Below the pieces are notes generated by a model. The model saw only the letters and a program-made list of their open reading frames with translations, was not told where the DNA came from and did not search any database. A program made the translations under genes and the position numbers. A stretch of 63,290 bases of DNA, the filler included, from Globobulimina sp. (Eukaryota): the NCBI GenBank assembly GCA_003354225.1. It is 43 parts of 43 records of this genome, joined end to end, with 100 filler letters (N's around TTAATTAATTAA, not from the genome) between each part and the next. Parts side by side here need not be neighbours in the genome. Positions count along the whole stretch, not along the records: positions 13,276 to 14,650 come from PIVH01017707.1; positions 14,751 to 16,125 come from PIVH01017708.1; positions 16,226 to 17,600 come from PIVH01017709.1; positions 17,701 to 19,075 come from PIVH01017710.1; positions 19,176 to 20,550 come from PIVH01017711.1; positions 20,651 to 22,025 come from PIVH01017712.1; positions 22,126 to 23,499 come from PIVH01017713.1; positions 23,600 to 24,973 come from PIVH01017714.1; 35 more parts are not named here. One strand, given 5' to 3'. Shown piece after piece: positions 13,276-25,073 of this stretch (position 1 is its first letter; every line of letters starts with the position of its first letter).

Positions 13276-13640
13276 AGTATGGCAATGGTGAATGGAGTGA
13301 TTTATTGACTGTTATGACTACAGAAACTGAGAAGTGTGGAAACTATGAGGATTTGAAAATAATAAAGACATTACCTGAGAATACACAAACGCAGGAATAC
13401 TTTAAATGTCAGCTATCGAAGAATACTAAAGAATGTATAACAAAAAGAATGGAAAAGGACTATGGTTTAAGTCATGGTTGTGCGAGCTGTGAAGGAGACG
13501 GTGCCGTTTGTGTACTTGATGTTTGTGTCAAAATATGTATGTCAGGGAAAGCGGATAAATGTAGGCAATGTATAACTGCTAAGTGCAACCCTGGCGGTGC
13601 ATTTAGTGCATGTGCTGGACTTCAACCACCAAAACTGTAG
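13276..13640 (+). CDS. End of an FN3 domain + 12-Cys C-terminal domain (paralog A, 5' partial)
   Basis: YGNGEWSDLLTVMT followed by a Cys-rich domain; inverted paralog of 14083-14650. Confidence 0.8.
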
Positions 13641-13680
13641 AATATAAAACAACAACATAATGACAATTTTATCATACATT

Positions 13681-13714
13681 TGACTTTTTAGGCTAAACAC
13701 TTCTTTTGTGATTG
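13681..13714 (+). mobile_element. Degenerate terminus of the MITE at 24384-24583
   Basis: TGACTTTTTAGGCTAAACACTTCTTTTGTGATTG matches that TIR with a 9-nt deletion. Confidence 0.7.
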
Positions 13715-14082
13715 ACTAAACGATATATTCCAAAAGATAACCCCCCTGTTCAGATAACCCCCTAATTTTGTGCTAGAAAACGTCAGAAAACAGTCAGAAA
13801 ATACTTTTCTGAGTTAGAAAAATACTTTTTGCCAAAATCTGTACCAACCAATTCGTCTATATTGTGTATCCCTGGGACCAGGAGAGACCTCTGGTACCAC
13901 TCACATGTCCTGAAATAGGGTGGAAATTTTGGCAAAAAGTACAACAGGTTCTTTTCTAATAAAAAATGAAATTTTCTAATAATCTAATATTTTGAAAATT
14001 ATTTTATCGTAAAAATGCATACAGCATACAATCACACACAATTGGCTGAAATCATTATAAGTTATGTATGTTGTTTTATATT

Positions 14083-14650
14083 CTACAGTTTTGATGGTTG
14101 AAGTCCGGCACATGCACTAAATGCACCGCCAGGGTTACACTTATCAGCTGTACATTGCCTACATTTATCCGCTTGCCCTATTCTACACATTTTGGCACAG
14201 TCATCAAGTACACAAATGCTAGCGTCTCCTTCACAGCTCGCACAACCATGACTTAAACCATAGTCTTTTTCCATTCTTTTTGTTATACATTCTTTAATAT
14301 TCTTCGATAGCTGACATACAAAGTATTCCTGAATTAGTGCTTTATTATCAGGCAATGTCTTTATTATTTTCAAATCCTCATAGTTTCCACACTTCTCAGT
14401 TTCTGTAGTCATAACAGTCAATAAATCACTCCATTCACCATTGCCATACTTATTAACTGCCCTTATCCTAATTCGATACGGTGAGCCGGGCATTAATGGC
14501 TGTAATTGCGCATAAAGTGATAATCCATCATTGGGAATTTCCACACTATGCAATGCCTCATCTTTCATCCAATCGTCTCTCTGCAACTCATACGATAATA
14601 TTTGAGCATCACTCTCATACTCCGGAGCCAGCCATGTTACATCAATCGCA
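14083..14650 (-). CDS. Fibronectin type III domain + 12-Cys C-terminal domain (paralog B, 5' partial)
   Basis: AIDVTWLAPE...ILSYEL...LQPLMPGSPYRIRIRAVNKYGNGEWS is an FN3 domain; a Cys-rich tail follows. Confidence 0.85.
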
Positions 14651-15002
14651 NNNNNNNNNNNNNNNNNNNNNNNNNNNNNNNNNNNNNNNNNNNNTTAATT
14701 AATTAANNNNNNNNNNNNNNNNNNNNNNNNNNNNNNNNNNNNNNNNNNNNATTGTTAATTGAAATTTGTCTGGTTCTGCGTTCACAAGTATGGTCAAGAA
14801 ACGCTACGTCTGACTGCACGTGGTTTGTTTGTGGGGAATATGAAATGTAGGGAGAATGTTGCAGTCACTTCAGTTGCTTGAACAGTTTCTAGACAAAAAC
14901 ATTTATTCAAAAATACAAAAAACGAATATGAGCAAAGTAGTAGTTACCACTCGCTTTGTCTTGGATTTGTTCTGGGTTTGTTAAAAACATTGCCATTCTA
15001 TA

Positions 15003-15620
15003 TTAACATTCTAATCCAGTGATAGTGTCTGTATGTAACTGTTGTTGCAAGTGTTCTATTTGTTTCTCCATTTGATTTTGACTCTCTTCAATTTCAATTT
15101 CCGTAAATTGATTAACACTTTCTTCATTTATTAAATGTGAACTACGCCGTGATCTATCATCGATATCATCCATTAAATCTGTTCTATGCTCCAATTCACT
15201 CATTTCCTCCTCAATAGCAATAATATCCATGTTAGAACTTCCTTCATTCCATGGTTCGTTTGTTTCAAATGCTTGAAAGGTTGGTACCTCGTTGCCACTA
15301 AGTGGTGATATCTCATTATCACTATCACTATCACTCTCAAATGATTCATCATCACTATCTATAACAGTTACTCCCCCTGCTACTATTCCTACTGTTACTG
15401 TTAATGAATCAGTTGCATTCATATTTGCTTTACTCAAAACTGGACAGGATTTGACACATTGAGACTTTGCTGTATTTCCACAATTTATCATGCGTTCAGT
15501 TTCCTCATGGTCTGCATCAATTGGTTTCTTTTTTAATAGACTCATCATTTCACCGTCATAACATCGTTCATCAGCATCTTTCTTCTTATTTTCAAACAAA
15601 GTGCAGTGACATCCACCCAT
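15003..15620 (-). CDS. Acidic hypothetical protein with an N-terminal MGxC acylation motif
   Basis: Complete 205-aa ORF starting MGGCHC. Confidence 0.6.
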   Translation of the reverse strand: MGGCHCTLFENKKKDADERCYDGEMMSLLKKKPIDADHEETERMINCGNTAKSQCVKSCPVLSKANMNATDSLTVTVGIVAGGVTVIDSDDESFESDSDSDNEISPLSGNEVPTFQAFETNEPWNEGSSNMDIIAIEEEMSELEHRTDLMDDIDDRSRRSSHLINEESVNQFTEIEIEESQNQMEKQIEHLQQQLHTDTITGLEC

Positions 15621-15724
15621 TATTTGATAACAAGTTTTTCTTTAGTGTTCCACTCAGCTGCCACCATCCGTTGGTGATTGCGACAAACCAATACCAAAAC
15701 CATCGAAACAGTTTTAATTATACA

Positions 15725-16125
15725 ATGAATCCCAATGCTCCCTCCTGGGGTAGTCCACAAGGACAAAATAACCAACAACAACAACAACAATTTTATCAGC
15801 AACAATACAATCCCTATGCTACACAACAAGCACAAGCTCAACCACCGATGAATCCGATGAATCCTATGAATCCATACACTGCACAACAAGCACAACAACC
15901 ATTTGCTCGACCGCTACCTCAACAAACTCAACAACCTCAACAATTTCAACAAGCCTCACCACCCCAACAACAACAACGCACACAACAGCAATATAATCAA
16001 TATGTGGCACAGCAACAACAACAACAACACTTACAACAGCAATATTATTATCAACAACAGCAACAGCAACGGCAGCAACCACCATTTAATAACCAACAAC
16101 CACAATATAATAATAATAATAACAT
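15725..16125 (+). CDS. Q/N/Y/P-rich low-complexity N-terminus with a PAM2-like start, 3' partial
   Basis: MNPNAPSW followed by poly-Q tracts encoded by CAA repeats. Confidence 0.65.
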
Positions 16126-16225
16126 NNNNNNNNNNNNNNNNNNNNNNNNNNNNNNNNNNNNNNNNNNNNTTAATTAATTAANNNNNNNNNNNNNNNNNNN
16201 NNNNNNNNNNNNNNNNNNNNNNNNN

Positions 16226-17600
16226 GTTTTTCTCTTCTTTATCACAAATATTATCATCAACACATAGCAGATGACCCAATCCATGCATTTCTATCATTTG
16301 CTCCATAAATCCCATATCTTTCTTTCTCTTTTTCTTCTTTTTCCTTTTCTTCTTCTTATGCTTTTTAGCCTTTTTCTTCTGTATTTTTTCCATGTGAATG
16401 CTTTTAATATTCTCAAACAACATATTTCTATACAAAGTGCCATTATTTCCATCAAATATAATATTTAATATCTTCATGGCGTTCAACATCGGCAAAATGT
16501 GATTAAAATCATTCCGAGACAATATTTGATATAAACAACGAATCAAAGGAATCAATGACTTGGTTTGCTTCGACAAAAACCAATTTTCATTCAATAATTG
16601 CTGCCATTTCAATCGCTGTTCATTGATTTGTTTATAACGAGCCATAAATGGATCAGTCACCCCATTCACATTCATATTCAACGTGTTATTATTTACAGAT
16701 AAACTTTGAATAAATTTGCCCAAATCATCCAAGGGATCGCCGGATATCATATCCATCAATGCCTCACTTACTCGCTCCATCTCATACTGCATGAATTCCT
16801 CCTTCTTTTTATACTCAATCTCAGTGCGTATCGATATATTACTCATTAAATCCGACATATTATCGTCGCCATCCAATAAGTTCAGAATGTCCACATGCGT
16901 ATTTTCACTCAGTTTCATCCTCTTTTTGGGCTAATTAACAACAACAATGTTTCACTCACAAACTGCCCAAAACAAAACAAATCAGTGTCAAACTTAACAT
17001 TTTCTAAATTGGACACATTTATATCCTCATTTTCCGTCTCATCCAGTTTTCTTTTTCGTGCATTTTTTTTGCCATTGCCGCAGGGCGCAGATTGACTGCA
17101 GGTTCGTATCATCGTGTTATTGGTCGGCGTATTAACCACAGAAAACGACTGAGAAATATTAACGTCGCCGACGGCACCGCCCATCGCCTGCGATATCTCC
17201 ACGTGCGTCACATTAATATTTGTATTCGTTCCTTGTATACCTACATTCTGTACATGTTTAAATGCAAAAACAATCAGTTTCAAACTATATAATTTTCTAA
17301 AAAAAAAAAAAAATTCTAACATCCTGTTTTAATGCAATAATTTGTTGGGTCAAATCAGCATTTCTTTTGTCATCGCGTTGCATCCTTAAATGTAACTTTT
17401 TATATTGGGCTTTGATTAGATTTACGTTTCCTTTTTGAGTTTGGATCTCTTGCTTTAACCTCCTTTCCCGGACACAGACGGCGGCACATTCTCTTTCTTT
17501 GGCATTCCTTTGTTTGACTGCTTCATTGTACTTATTATGCAAACTCTGAAACTGTTTGTTGTATTTCTCATTTTTATTATTCTCTGTCTGCTTATATATG
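16226..17600 (-). CDS. Hypothetical multi-exon coiled-coil protein with basic NLS-like stretches (partial)
   Basis: Three same-strand ORF blocks are joinable by GT-AG introns; RKRK and poly-K tracts. Confidence 0.55.
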
Positions 17601-17700
17601 NNNNNNNNNNNNNNNNNNNNNNNNNNNNNNNNNNNNNNNNNNNNTTAATTAATTAANNNNNNNNNNNNNNNNNNNNNNNNNNNNNNNNNNNNNNNNNNNN

Positions 17701-17720
17701 CCCCAAAACCCCAAAACCCC
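17701..17720 (+). repeat. Telomeric repeat C4A4C4A4C4 at the contig 5' end
   Basis: CCCCAAAACCCCAAAACCCC forms the first 20 nt of the contig, in chromosome-end orientation. Confidence 0.8.
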
Positions 17721-18494
17721 TGCAAAAAGAATTATAATCATTTTAGTATACAGTAGTGTCGATAAATAAGCATAAATGATGACATTTCCATATTCATGAT
17801 CACGTGAACTCTTTCCACATAAGAAACATGTACCAGTGACATATATGTATAATAATACAATTCCAATACACATGGTAAGATTCCAAATCACAAATGCAAC
17901 ATAATAATTAACTCGAAAAAACAACTTCGGTTTTTTCATTGCTTTAGCTTTGAGACTATAGCCTTTATCCAATACCTCCATAATATATGACATTGTATAC
18001 ATATCGGCAATAAACATACAAACATCGAAAACTAATTTCATTTGTTTACTTGATAAAAATTCCAAAAAAAGAAAGGTGACCTGAACCATAGTCGACATCA
18101 CAATTTTTTGAAAAAATGTGTCTTGTGTTTCTGTCCAATTTAAATTTCCTGAAAATAAGGTCACAAATCTGATGCACAGTGTACAATAAGACATAGCATT
18201 GAAGGCAGCATAATAATGAGAAGAATTCATCAGAGCCTGCATTGCATTTAACTCATAATTTGCAACCACCGACCGGCTGTACAAAAATAACACTGTAAAG
18301 GTCAAGCTCGCACATAATTTTGTCCATCGATTCAACTTCTTCAGATATAAGCATAGCATCAATAAAAACGAAACTCCACTGAATCCAATTTGGATTACCA
18401 ATGAAACTCCACTGCACAATGAATCTTGTAATTCTATCCGATGACAACGCGATGGAAATAAGTCATTAGCTGTGTAAAATATAGTTGATTTCAT
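17721..18494 (-). CDS. Multi-pass membrane protein of unknown function that runs into the telomeric repeat
   Basis: About 258 codons with several hydrophobic segments and no stop before the repeat. Confidence 0.55.
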
Positions 18495-18633
18495 TGGAAA
18501 CTGCTACTATTATTATACAAAGGTACTGTACCTAATTTTAACATTTCCATCTTTGACTGCACTCAAGTTTTCTAGTGTTGCTATTTCCCGTTAGTGGACA
18601 AAAAGATGTTAAAGTACGCTATTTAATATTTAT

Positions 18634-19075
18634 TCAATTCCAATTAAAATATTCAAATTTATGTTTATTATCCGCAATTTTATCATTGTATTGATTGGAC
18701 AATTTAACCTCCAGTCTCTCCTCATAACTATCCTCGAGCTCAATATGTGCCAAAATTAAATCTCTATAACCAATTATCATTTGCAATAAATGCTCCTGCT
18801 TTAAATATCTTGGCTTCACATTCCAATTCCTTCTGCATAAATACTTAACATTTCCCAATTCTTTTTTTACAAACAATTCAGCGATTCGTTTCAACCGTTT
18901 TCTTCCTTTAACCGTTTTAGCGATTTTTTCTATACTTATATCGTTCAAACAATTAATATAATATGAAAAATCATTCCGTCCGTCTCCTAAAAACCTTAAC
19001 TGGCCATCAACATATGTTTTACCCAAATAATCCAACCTATCCCCATATTTATACAAGAAATAAGTAATCATCTTA
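18634..19075 (-). CDS. Hypothetical protein C-terminus
   Basis: Open frame from the contig edge to TGA; no recognisable motif. Confidence 0.45.
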
Positions 19076-19175
19076 NNNNNNNNNNNNNNNNNNNNNNNNN
19101 NNNNNNNNNNNNNNNNNNNTTAATTAATTAANNNNNNNNNNNNNNNNNNNNNNNNNNNNNNNNNNNNNNNNNNNN

Positions 19176-20550
19176 GTATTTAAATGATAAATTACTTTCG
19201 TTAATTGCACGATTTTCTTATTTTTTGTTTCCTCGAGATCAGGAATGCATACTTTGACTGAGGATGCTCGTGGCATATTTTTTGTGGTTTAATATATTTT
19301 TATATAAAAGATATTGTGTAATTATGAGCAATTTATTATATATACAGACGTTCGTTGGCTGCAGGATCCGGCAATAAGCCATTGGACAGATTCCCGCCAT
19401 TATCACAATTCATCTCTATTGCATTTGAAACAACATTTACATTTTTACGCAAATCACGGGAAGCTCAATCCATATTATCCTCCAAATCGACATTAAAAGG
19501 CGTCGATGCCTTCACCGCATTCAACAAATTAGATGCTTCAATGTATAAACTGATAATGAACAGCAACAACTTACGCGTGATCTTACCCTATTTAGTAACC
19601 AATCTGACCGTATTAATAAGCAGTGGTTGGTCCCATATTCGTGATTTAGGTCAATTAGCATTGAATCTCATGGCTGAAATGAATGGCTTAACCAATGTAT
19701 TATCCTCGATGGATAGAAACGATACCGACTACAAAGACTCTGAAGGTTTGCAGGGATTGGACGCTGAGACCTCTATGATGATTGAATCTGAGCATCCATA
19801 CGAAGGCGCTAAGCAGCGCTGTTATAAATGTGTATTGCCCGACAATGTCTCCTTTATTGTGTTAGAATTCGACAAACAATGTCAATCGTCGCAAGTCGAA
19901 GATTATCTGGAAATATTTAGCGGTGAGACCCTGTCCAAGAAACTATTTAAAAGATATTGCCAAGACACGTGGCCCTCCTCTGCCTTGATCATACCTGGCA
20001 ACAAAGTACGCATCGAATTTAATACAGTCTCCGATTATAATGACGTACTGCGACAAGATGAAAGATGGGGTTTTCGAGCCACGGTCAAAGGATATATGAC
20101 ACCGCAGACATTACCTTGTCAATGGATTATTGATTTGGAAAAACAAGTGGGATATTTGGGCGCGTTATGTGCATCGAAATTGATCTCTAGCAACAAACCA
20201 ACCGACGAAGAGCGTAAAATCGCGCACGTGTTACGCTCACAGATCTTTGCCAAAGGCATTGCGGCTCAATATTTGCATACTGAAGACGGCAAATTAGAGT
20301 TTGTGGCAAAGTCCAGATATGACAGATTTTTGAGCAAATTAGTGGCGGAGCCGCAGTATGAAGATGAATTTGGAGATGATATCGACGATGATAAAGACGA
20401 TGAGAAGGGGGAAAGTATCCAAATGGCCACGTCTGGACCACATTTATTGGTGGATTGGATGCGTAGACAACGTGGCGGCGTGGAACAATTAAAATCCACG
20501 GCTATTGGCGCTGGCATCAATCCAAATGATATGGATGAAAAATGGACTGG
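19176..20550 (+). CDS. Internal fragment of a giant protein with a CUB-like domain of the ZZEF1/HECTD4 type (probably E3-related)
   Basis: IESEHPY...IVLEFDKQCQS..EDYLEIF...WP..ALIIPGNKVRIEF...RWGFRATVKGY. Confidence 0.65.
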
Positions 20551-20743
20551 NNNNNNNNNNNNNNNNNNNNNNNNNNNNNNNNNNNNNNNNNNNNTTAATT
20601 AATTAANNNNNNNNNNNNNNNNNNNNNNNNNNNNNNNNNNNNNNNNNNNNTTGGATTAAGTATTATTATAAAATAGTTTTCTCAAAGTTTTGAGGATAAT
20701 TTAATTTCTAAATTAAAACTTTTAAGTTCACGCTAGTGACGTC

Positions 20744-22025
20744 ATGCTGTTTAATCCAGTCAAACTCGCATCGGTATGTTTTCTGTTACATTCTTATTGC
20801 TGTATTTGTTGAGTAAAATATCGCATAAATAATTGAGAGCAAACAATCTTTCGGTATGATACTGGCGATTGGTGCTTTTATTTGGAATTCAATTGATTTA
20901 TTACTGATTCCATGGTCCAAAGAAGGTCAATCCTCTTATCCATACCGATACTCATCACTCGTATTTCTAAAATACACGATCCTCTTAATACTTTACATAT
21001 TATTCCTGTCATTCTCCATCATATTAAAGCGGTTATATCCAAGAAACACATCACAAAATGTAGTACTCGATCCTGTTGAATTAGGTATTACTTTTGTCCA
21101 CATCCACAAACCGCAAAATCGCATGACACACATCACATCACACAAACAAAAACCAGAGATATTTGACACCATCATAGCAGATGAATCATCCGACGACAAC
21201 ACAGACACATTATTCTTCGGTGAGTCGCACTCAAAACCGCACCTAGCACGCAAAATAAATGTACGTTTGCGTCTGTGTTGATTTGTATATATATTTATGC
21301 ACAGATAACTATTCCATAAATAAGGAAGAAACTCCACGCAGTTTTTCCGTCGCTTTATACGAAGGAAAGGCGTTTTTCTGGAATGGTTTAATGATTTTAC
21401 TGATGGAAATATGTATATTTAATATATTGGAACATATCCCGGCTGCCACCTTTGCCATAATCCGCAATTTAGTGATCCCAATGACTGCGTTAATACGCGG
21501 CATTTGGTTGGCGGAGAAACCATCGGGAATACAATGGTTAGCACTGATTGGTATCACTTCTGTGGCCTCTTCCTTTGCATCGCAGGAAGCCTCCTTTTAT
21601 TCAGCCCATACGGACCCAAACATAAATAGCAAATGGATCATATTGGGCGCATTCTTTATGATTATATTCATCGGATTGGAGAGCATCAATATTGTTTATA
21701 TGGAAAGGCAGTTTAAAGAGACTCAGATAAAATATGCAATGCGCTTTACGGAGCAACAGTTTTGGGTCACTTTCTATTGCGTGGCCTTGACATTTTTGTT
21801 TTGGTGCTATGATACTTTGTTTATTGCCAAGAATATCAATAGTTTGTTTTATGGATATTCGTCTAAAACCATATTTTTATTATTTTGGAGGGTGTTTCAT
21901 GCCATCATCATATTTTGGATGGTGAGGTATTTGACCTCCGTGGTGGCCATGTTGGTGCACACAATTGCTTCCATCGGGACTACCTTATTGGACTGGGTTA
22001 TTATGCAAACCATATTGACTTCGGG
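20744..22025 (+). CDS. Nucleotide-sugar transporter (SLC35A-like), multi-exon, 3' partial
   Basis: ILEHIPAATFAIIRNLVIPMTALI...SGIQWLAL and IVYMERQFK; multiple TM helices; GT-AG introns. Confidence 0.75.
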
Positions 22026-22390
22026 NNNNNNNNNNNNNNNNNNNNNNNNNNNNNNNNNNNNNNNNNNNNTTAATTAATTAANNNNNNNNNNNNNNNNNNN
22101 NNNNNNNNNNNNNNNNNNNNNNNNNGTCCGCGTTGACCACCCATATATAAAATTAAAATTTTTGCTAAGAGGAGAAGGAAAGTGATGCAGCGCATCGTTT
22201 GAAGGGTATAAAATGATCTTTTTTCCCAATACATTTGTTTTCAAAGGTTTTATCAAAAGGACAAAATTTCTACCCTACCCCTACGAAACTGTAACAGTTT
22301 TCTATTACACTGTGCACAAGAACAGGTTTATGGAGGACCATCAATTCCGCCTACGCATCTTATTGGCACTTATTCTATATGTAAACAAAG

Positions 22391-23319
22391 GTCTGACCAG
22401 AATGATGAAGTTGAGTATTATATAAATGACATTATAACAATGGGTCTTTACAATGTTACAACAAACGAATGTCTAAAACGGAAAAACTCTGGTTCTTGCC
22501 TGACAGACAAGGTATGACAAGGAATGGGGTGTACAAACACCCAACTGTGATTGAAGGAGTATTGTAACAACGAGCAACATGAATGTTATAACATTCCAAA
22601 ACCACAATGTCATAAGAGACAAGGTCTACTAGTATAAATGCCCTGATAAAAAAAAAAGCCAGACAGACAGGAATGTGTGAATTTCGTCATCTCTGGCCTC
22701 AGACAATCACAAGGGAGATGATGCTCTGGCAGCAAATATGCTCAGCCAGGTTATATGTTGCACAGGATGGCACCCCAATAAAAAACTGACACCAAATGGT
22801 TGATATTGGTAGGCCACCAACAAAATTCACCCATTTATATATATAAAACTATAACAACGAGTCTTTCGAATGATACAAAAACCAGTTGTAACATTGGATT
22901 TTCTCAATGTTAGAACGCATCACAAAAATAAAATAAAATAAAACAACAGCAAACACATTGTCCAAAAATTCTTTTGGAAACAAAGTGAATAGTCGACTAG
23001 GAATTGCAGGTTCTTCAAGTGAATTCAGAATACCTTTTTTAGTAGATGTCTACAATTGGTGGGAAAACATGAACATACAAGGTGTTCCCAAGCCAAATTC
23101 TATAGTCTGACCAAAATTGTGAAGTTGAGTCTTATATAAATGAAACTATAACAATGGGTCTCTACAATGTTACAACAAACGATTGTATATAAAAAAACAT
23201 AAAAACTCTGTTCTTACCTGACAGACTAGGTATGAAAAGGCATGAACACCCGACTGTGATTGAAGGTGTATTGTAACAAAGAGCAACTCGAATGTTATAA
23301 CATTCCAAAACCACTATGT
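22391..23319 (+). repeat. Diverged ~215-bp direct duplication (22391-~22610 and 23105-~23319), probably decayed coding sequence
   Basis: The copies align with scattered substitutions and indels; offset is 714 bp. Confidence 0.8.
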
Positions 23320-23959
23320 TACATCTATCATCAGCATGTAACATAAACATTTGCCAATGTTACAGATGCAACTGTATATAACATTCAGAGAAGTGAATGT
23401 TACAGTTCCAACTATATAAGAAAGACTCCCAATATACAGACATTTTTATTGTCTTTTGTTTAATTTCATTATTATTTTTAGTTGGGTTGTTATTATTTTN
23501 NNNNNNNNNNNNNNNNNNNNNNNNNNNNNNNNNNNNNNNNNNNTTAATTAATTAANNNNNNNNNNNNNNNNNNNNNNNNNNNNNNNNNNNNNNNNNNNNT
23601 GAAAGAAAAGTAATTCTCTACAAATAGTAGGTCACACCCTCCAATTATAATTTCGTTTATAGGCGTTGTTAGAAAGTCAGAGTTTAGGTAAGGTAAGATT
23701 TTAGTTTAAACAATAAAACATTTTAAAAACTTTACAACAAACAATGGGCTCGTCTATAGATCATTACATAATGGTAATTTTAATAAAAAAAAAAAAGTCA
23801 TGATAAGGAAAAAAAAGTCATGATAAAGCTTTATAATAACCAACCAACATTTGAAAACTCTGTTTTTTTTTGTATCAAAAGTAAAAATATGACGAAATGT
23901 TAAAATGTATGGAAATCATGAAAAACTGACAAAATTAAATATTTATGGGATATCAGCAA

Positions 23960-24181
23960 GGGGTTGTTCTTATATTGCGCAATATAATTTGGACCTAGGA
24001 CCTAGGTATATGGTTATTGCAATTTATTGCCATTTAGACCTGAGTTGTGGGCTTTTAACGCAAGCTTATTTAGCACAACAATATGGATCACAGACAAGTC
24101 TCGAGTTATTGCAATTTATTGCAATTAAGGATACCTAGGTACTAGGTCCAAATTTATATTGCGCAATATAAGAACAACCCA
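23960..24181. mobile_element. 222-bp MITE with a 3-bp TSD (CAA), PIF/Harbinger-like
   Basis: ~50-bp TIR GGGTTGTTCTTATATTGCGCAATATAA...; CAA flanks both ends; the empty site is preserved in the opposite host arm. Confidence 0.85.
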
Positions 24182-24383
24182 CAATATTGATAAAAGTATG
24201 AAATCATAGAAAATTGTAAAATTCCGATGAAAATATCCAAATTAACTAAGAATTCTGATGATTTTGTGGTGATTCTGCGAAACTTTTGTTGTAATTTTGC
24301 GATTTGGGGCAATTTCATACTTTTATCAATATTGCTGATATCCCATAAATATTTAATTTTGTCAGTTTTTCATGATTTCCATA

Positions 24384-24583
24384 TGACTTTTTAGGCTTAA
24401 ACTTCTAAACACTTCTTTTGTGATTGGCAAGGTTTTTGGGTTAGCTATAGTGCTTTTCAACTTTGAATACTAGGATTCGAATACTAGGTCAACTTCGAAT
24501 ACTAGGTTGAAAACCACTCTAGCTAACCCAAAAACCTCGCCAATCACAAAAGTACTGTTTAGAAGTTTAAGCCTAAAAAGTCA
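24384..24583. mobile_element. 200-bp MITE with a 3-bp TSD (ATA)
   Basis: ~78-bp imperfect TIR TGACTTTTTAGGCTTAAACTTCTAAACA...; ATA on both sides; internal GAATACTAGG x3. Confidence 0.88.
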
Positions 24584-24749
24584 ATACATTTTAACATTTC
24601 GTCATATTTTTACTTTTACAACTTTTGATAGAAAAAAAAATATCCACGTGCTGGTAATGATATATTCAAAATATATGTTTTAGCTTGAATATTAATCGCA
24701 TGCATAGTAAACAAAATAGCCACAATGCCATGGTTGGATTAATTTATTT

Positions 24750-24785
24750 ATTTGGAAGGAAAATAGGTAATAAATAAAATGTTAA
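24750..24785 (-). repeat. Dispersed repeat, also at 57499-57516 and 59056-59091
   Basis: Core ACCTATTTTCCTTCCAA is shared by three contigs; ~36 bp are shared between 24750 and 59056. Confidence 0.7.
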
Positions 24786-25073
24786 AAGATAACATTTTAT
24801 TAATAATGTTAAAAACATTTTTTTAACGCATGATGAAATATGAAATGTTAATTATAAGGTATATTAGTTTATCCCTTTGGGAAAAGCGAATTTTTTGAGC
24901 TTCCCATGGGTTTTGTTTACTTAATATGGAACTAGTTGGATTTATTTGGAAAAAAATTTAAACTTCTTTACATNNNNNNNNNNNNNNNNNNNNNNNNNNN
25001 NNNNNNNNNNNNNNNNNTTAATTAATTAANNNNNNNNNNNNNNNNNNNNNNNNNNNNNNNNNNNNNNNNNNNN

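Larger units (their letters stand above)
23863..24640. mobile_element. Foldback/MITE with ~115-bp inverted arms, each arm interrupted by another MITE
   Basis: After removing both inserts, the left arm (...GTAAAAATATGACGAAATG...GATATCAGCAATATTGATAAAAGTATGAAAT) is the reverse complement of the right arm. Confidence 0.85.

Noticed and set aside
13276-14450. Diversity-generating retroelement TR/VR pair next to an RT
   Set aside because: Many differences are not at adenines (C/T, G/C), both copies are coding, and the RT is a LINE on a different contig.
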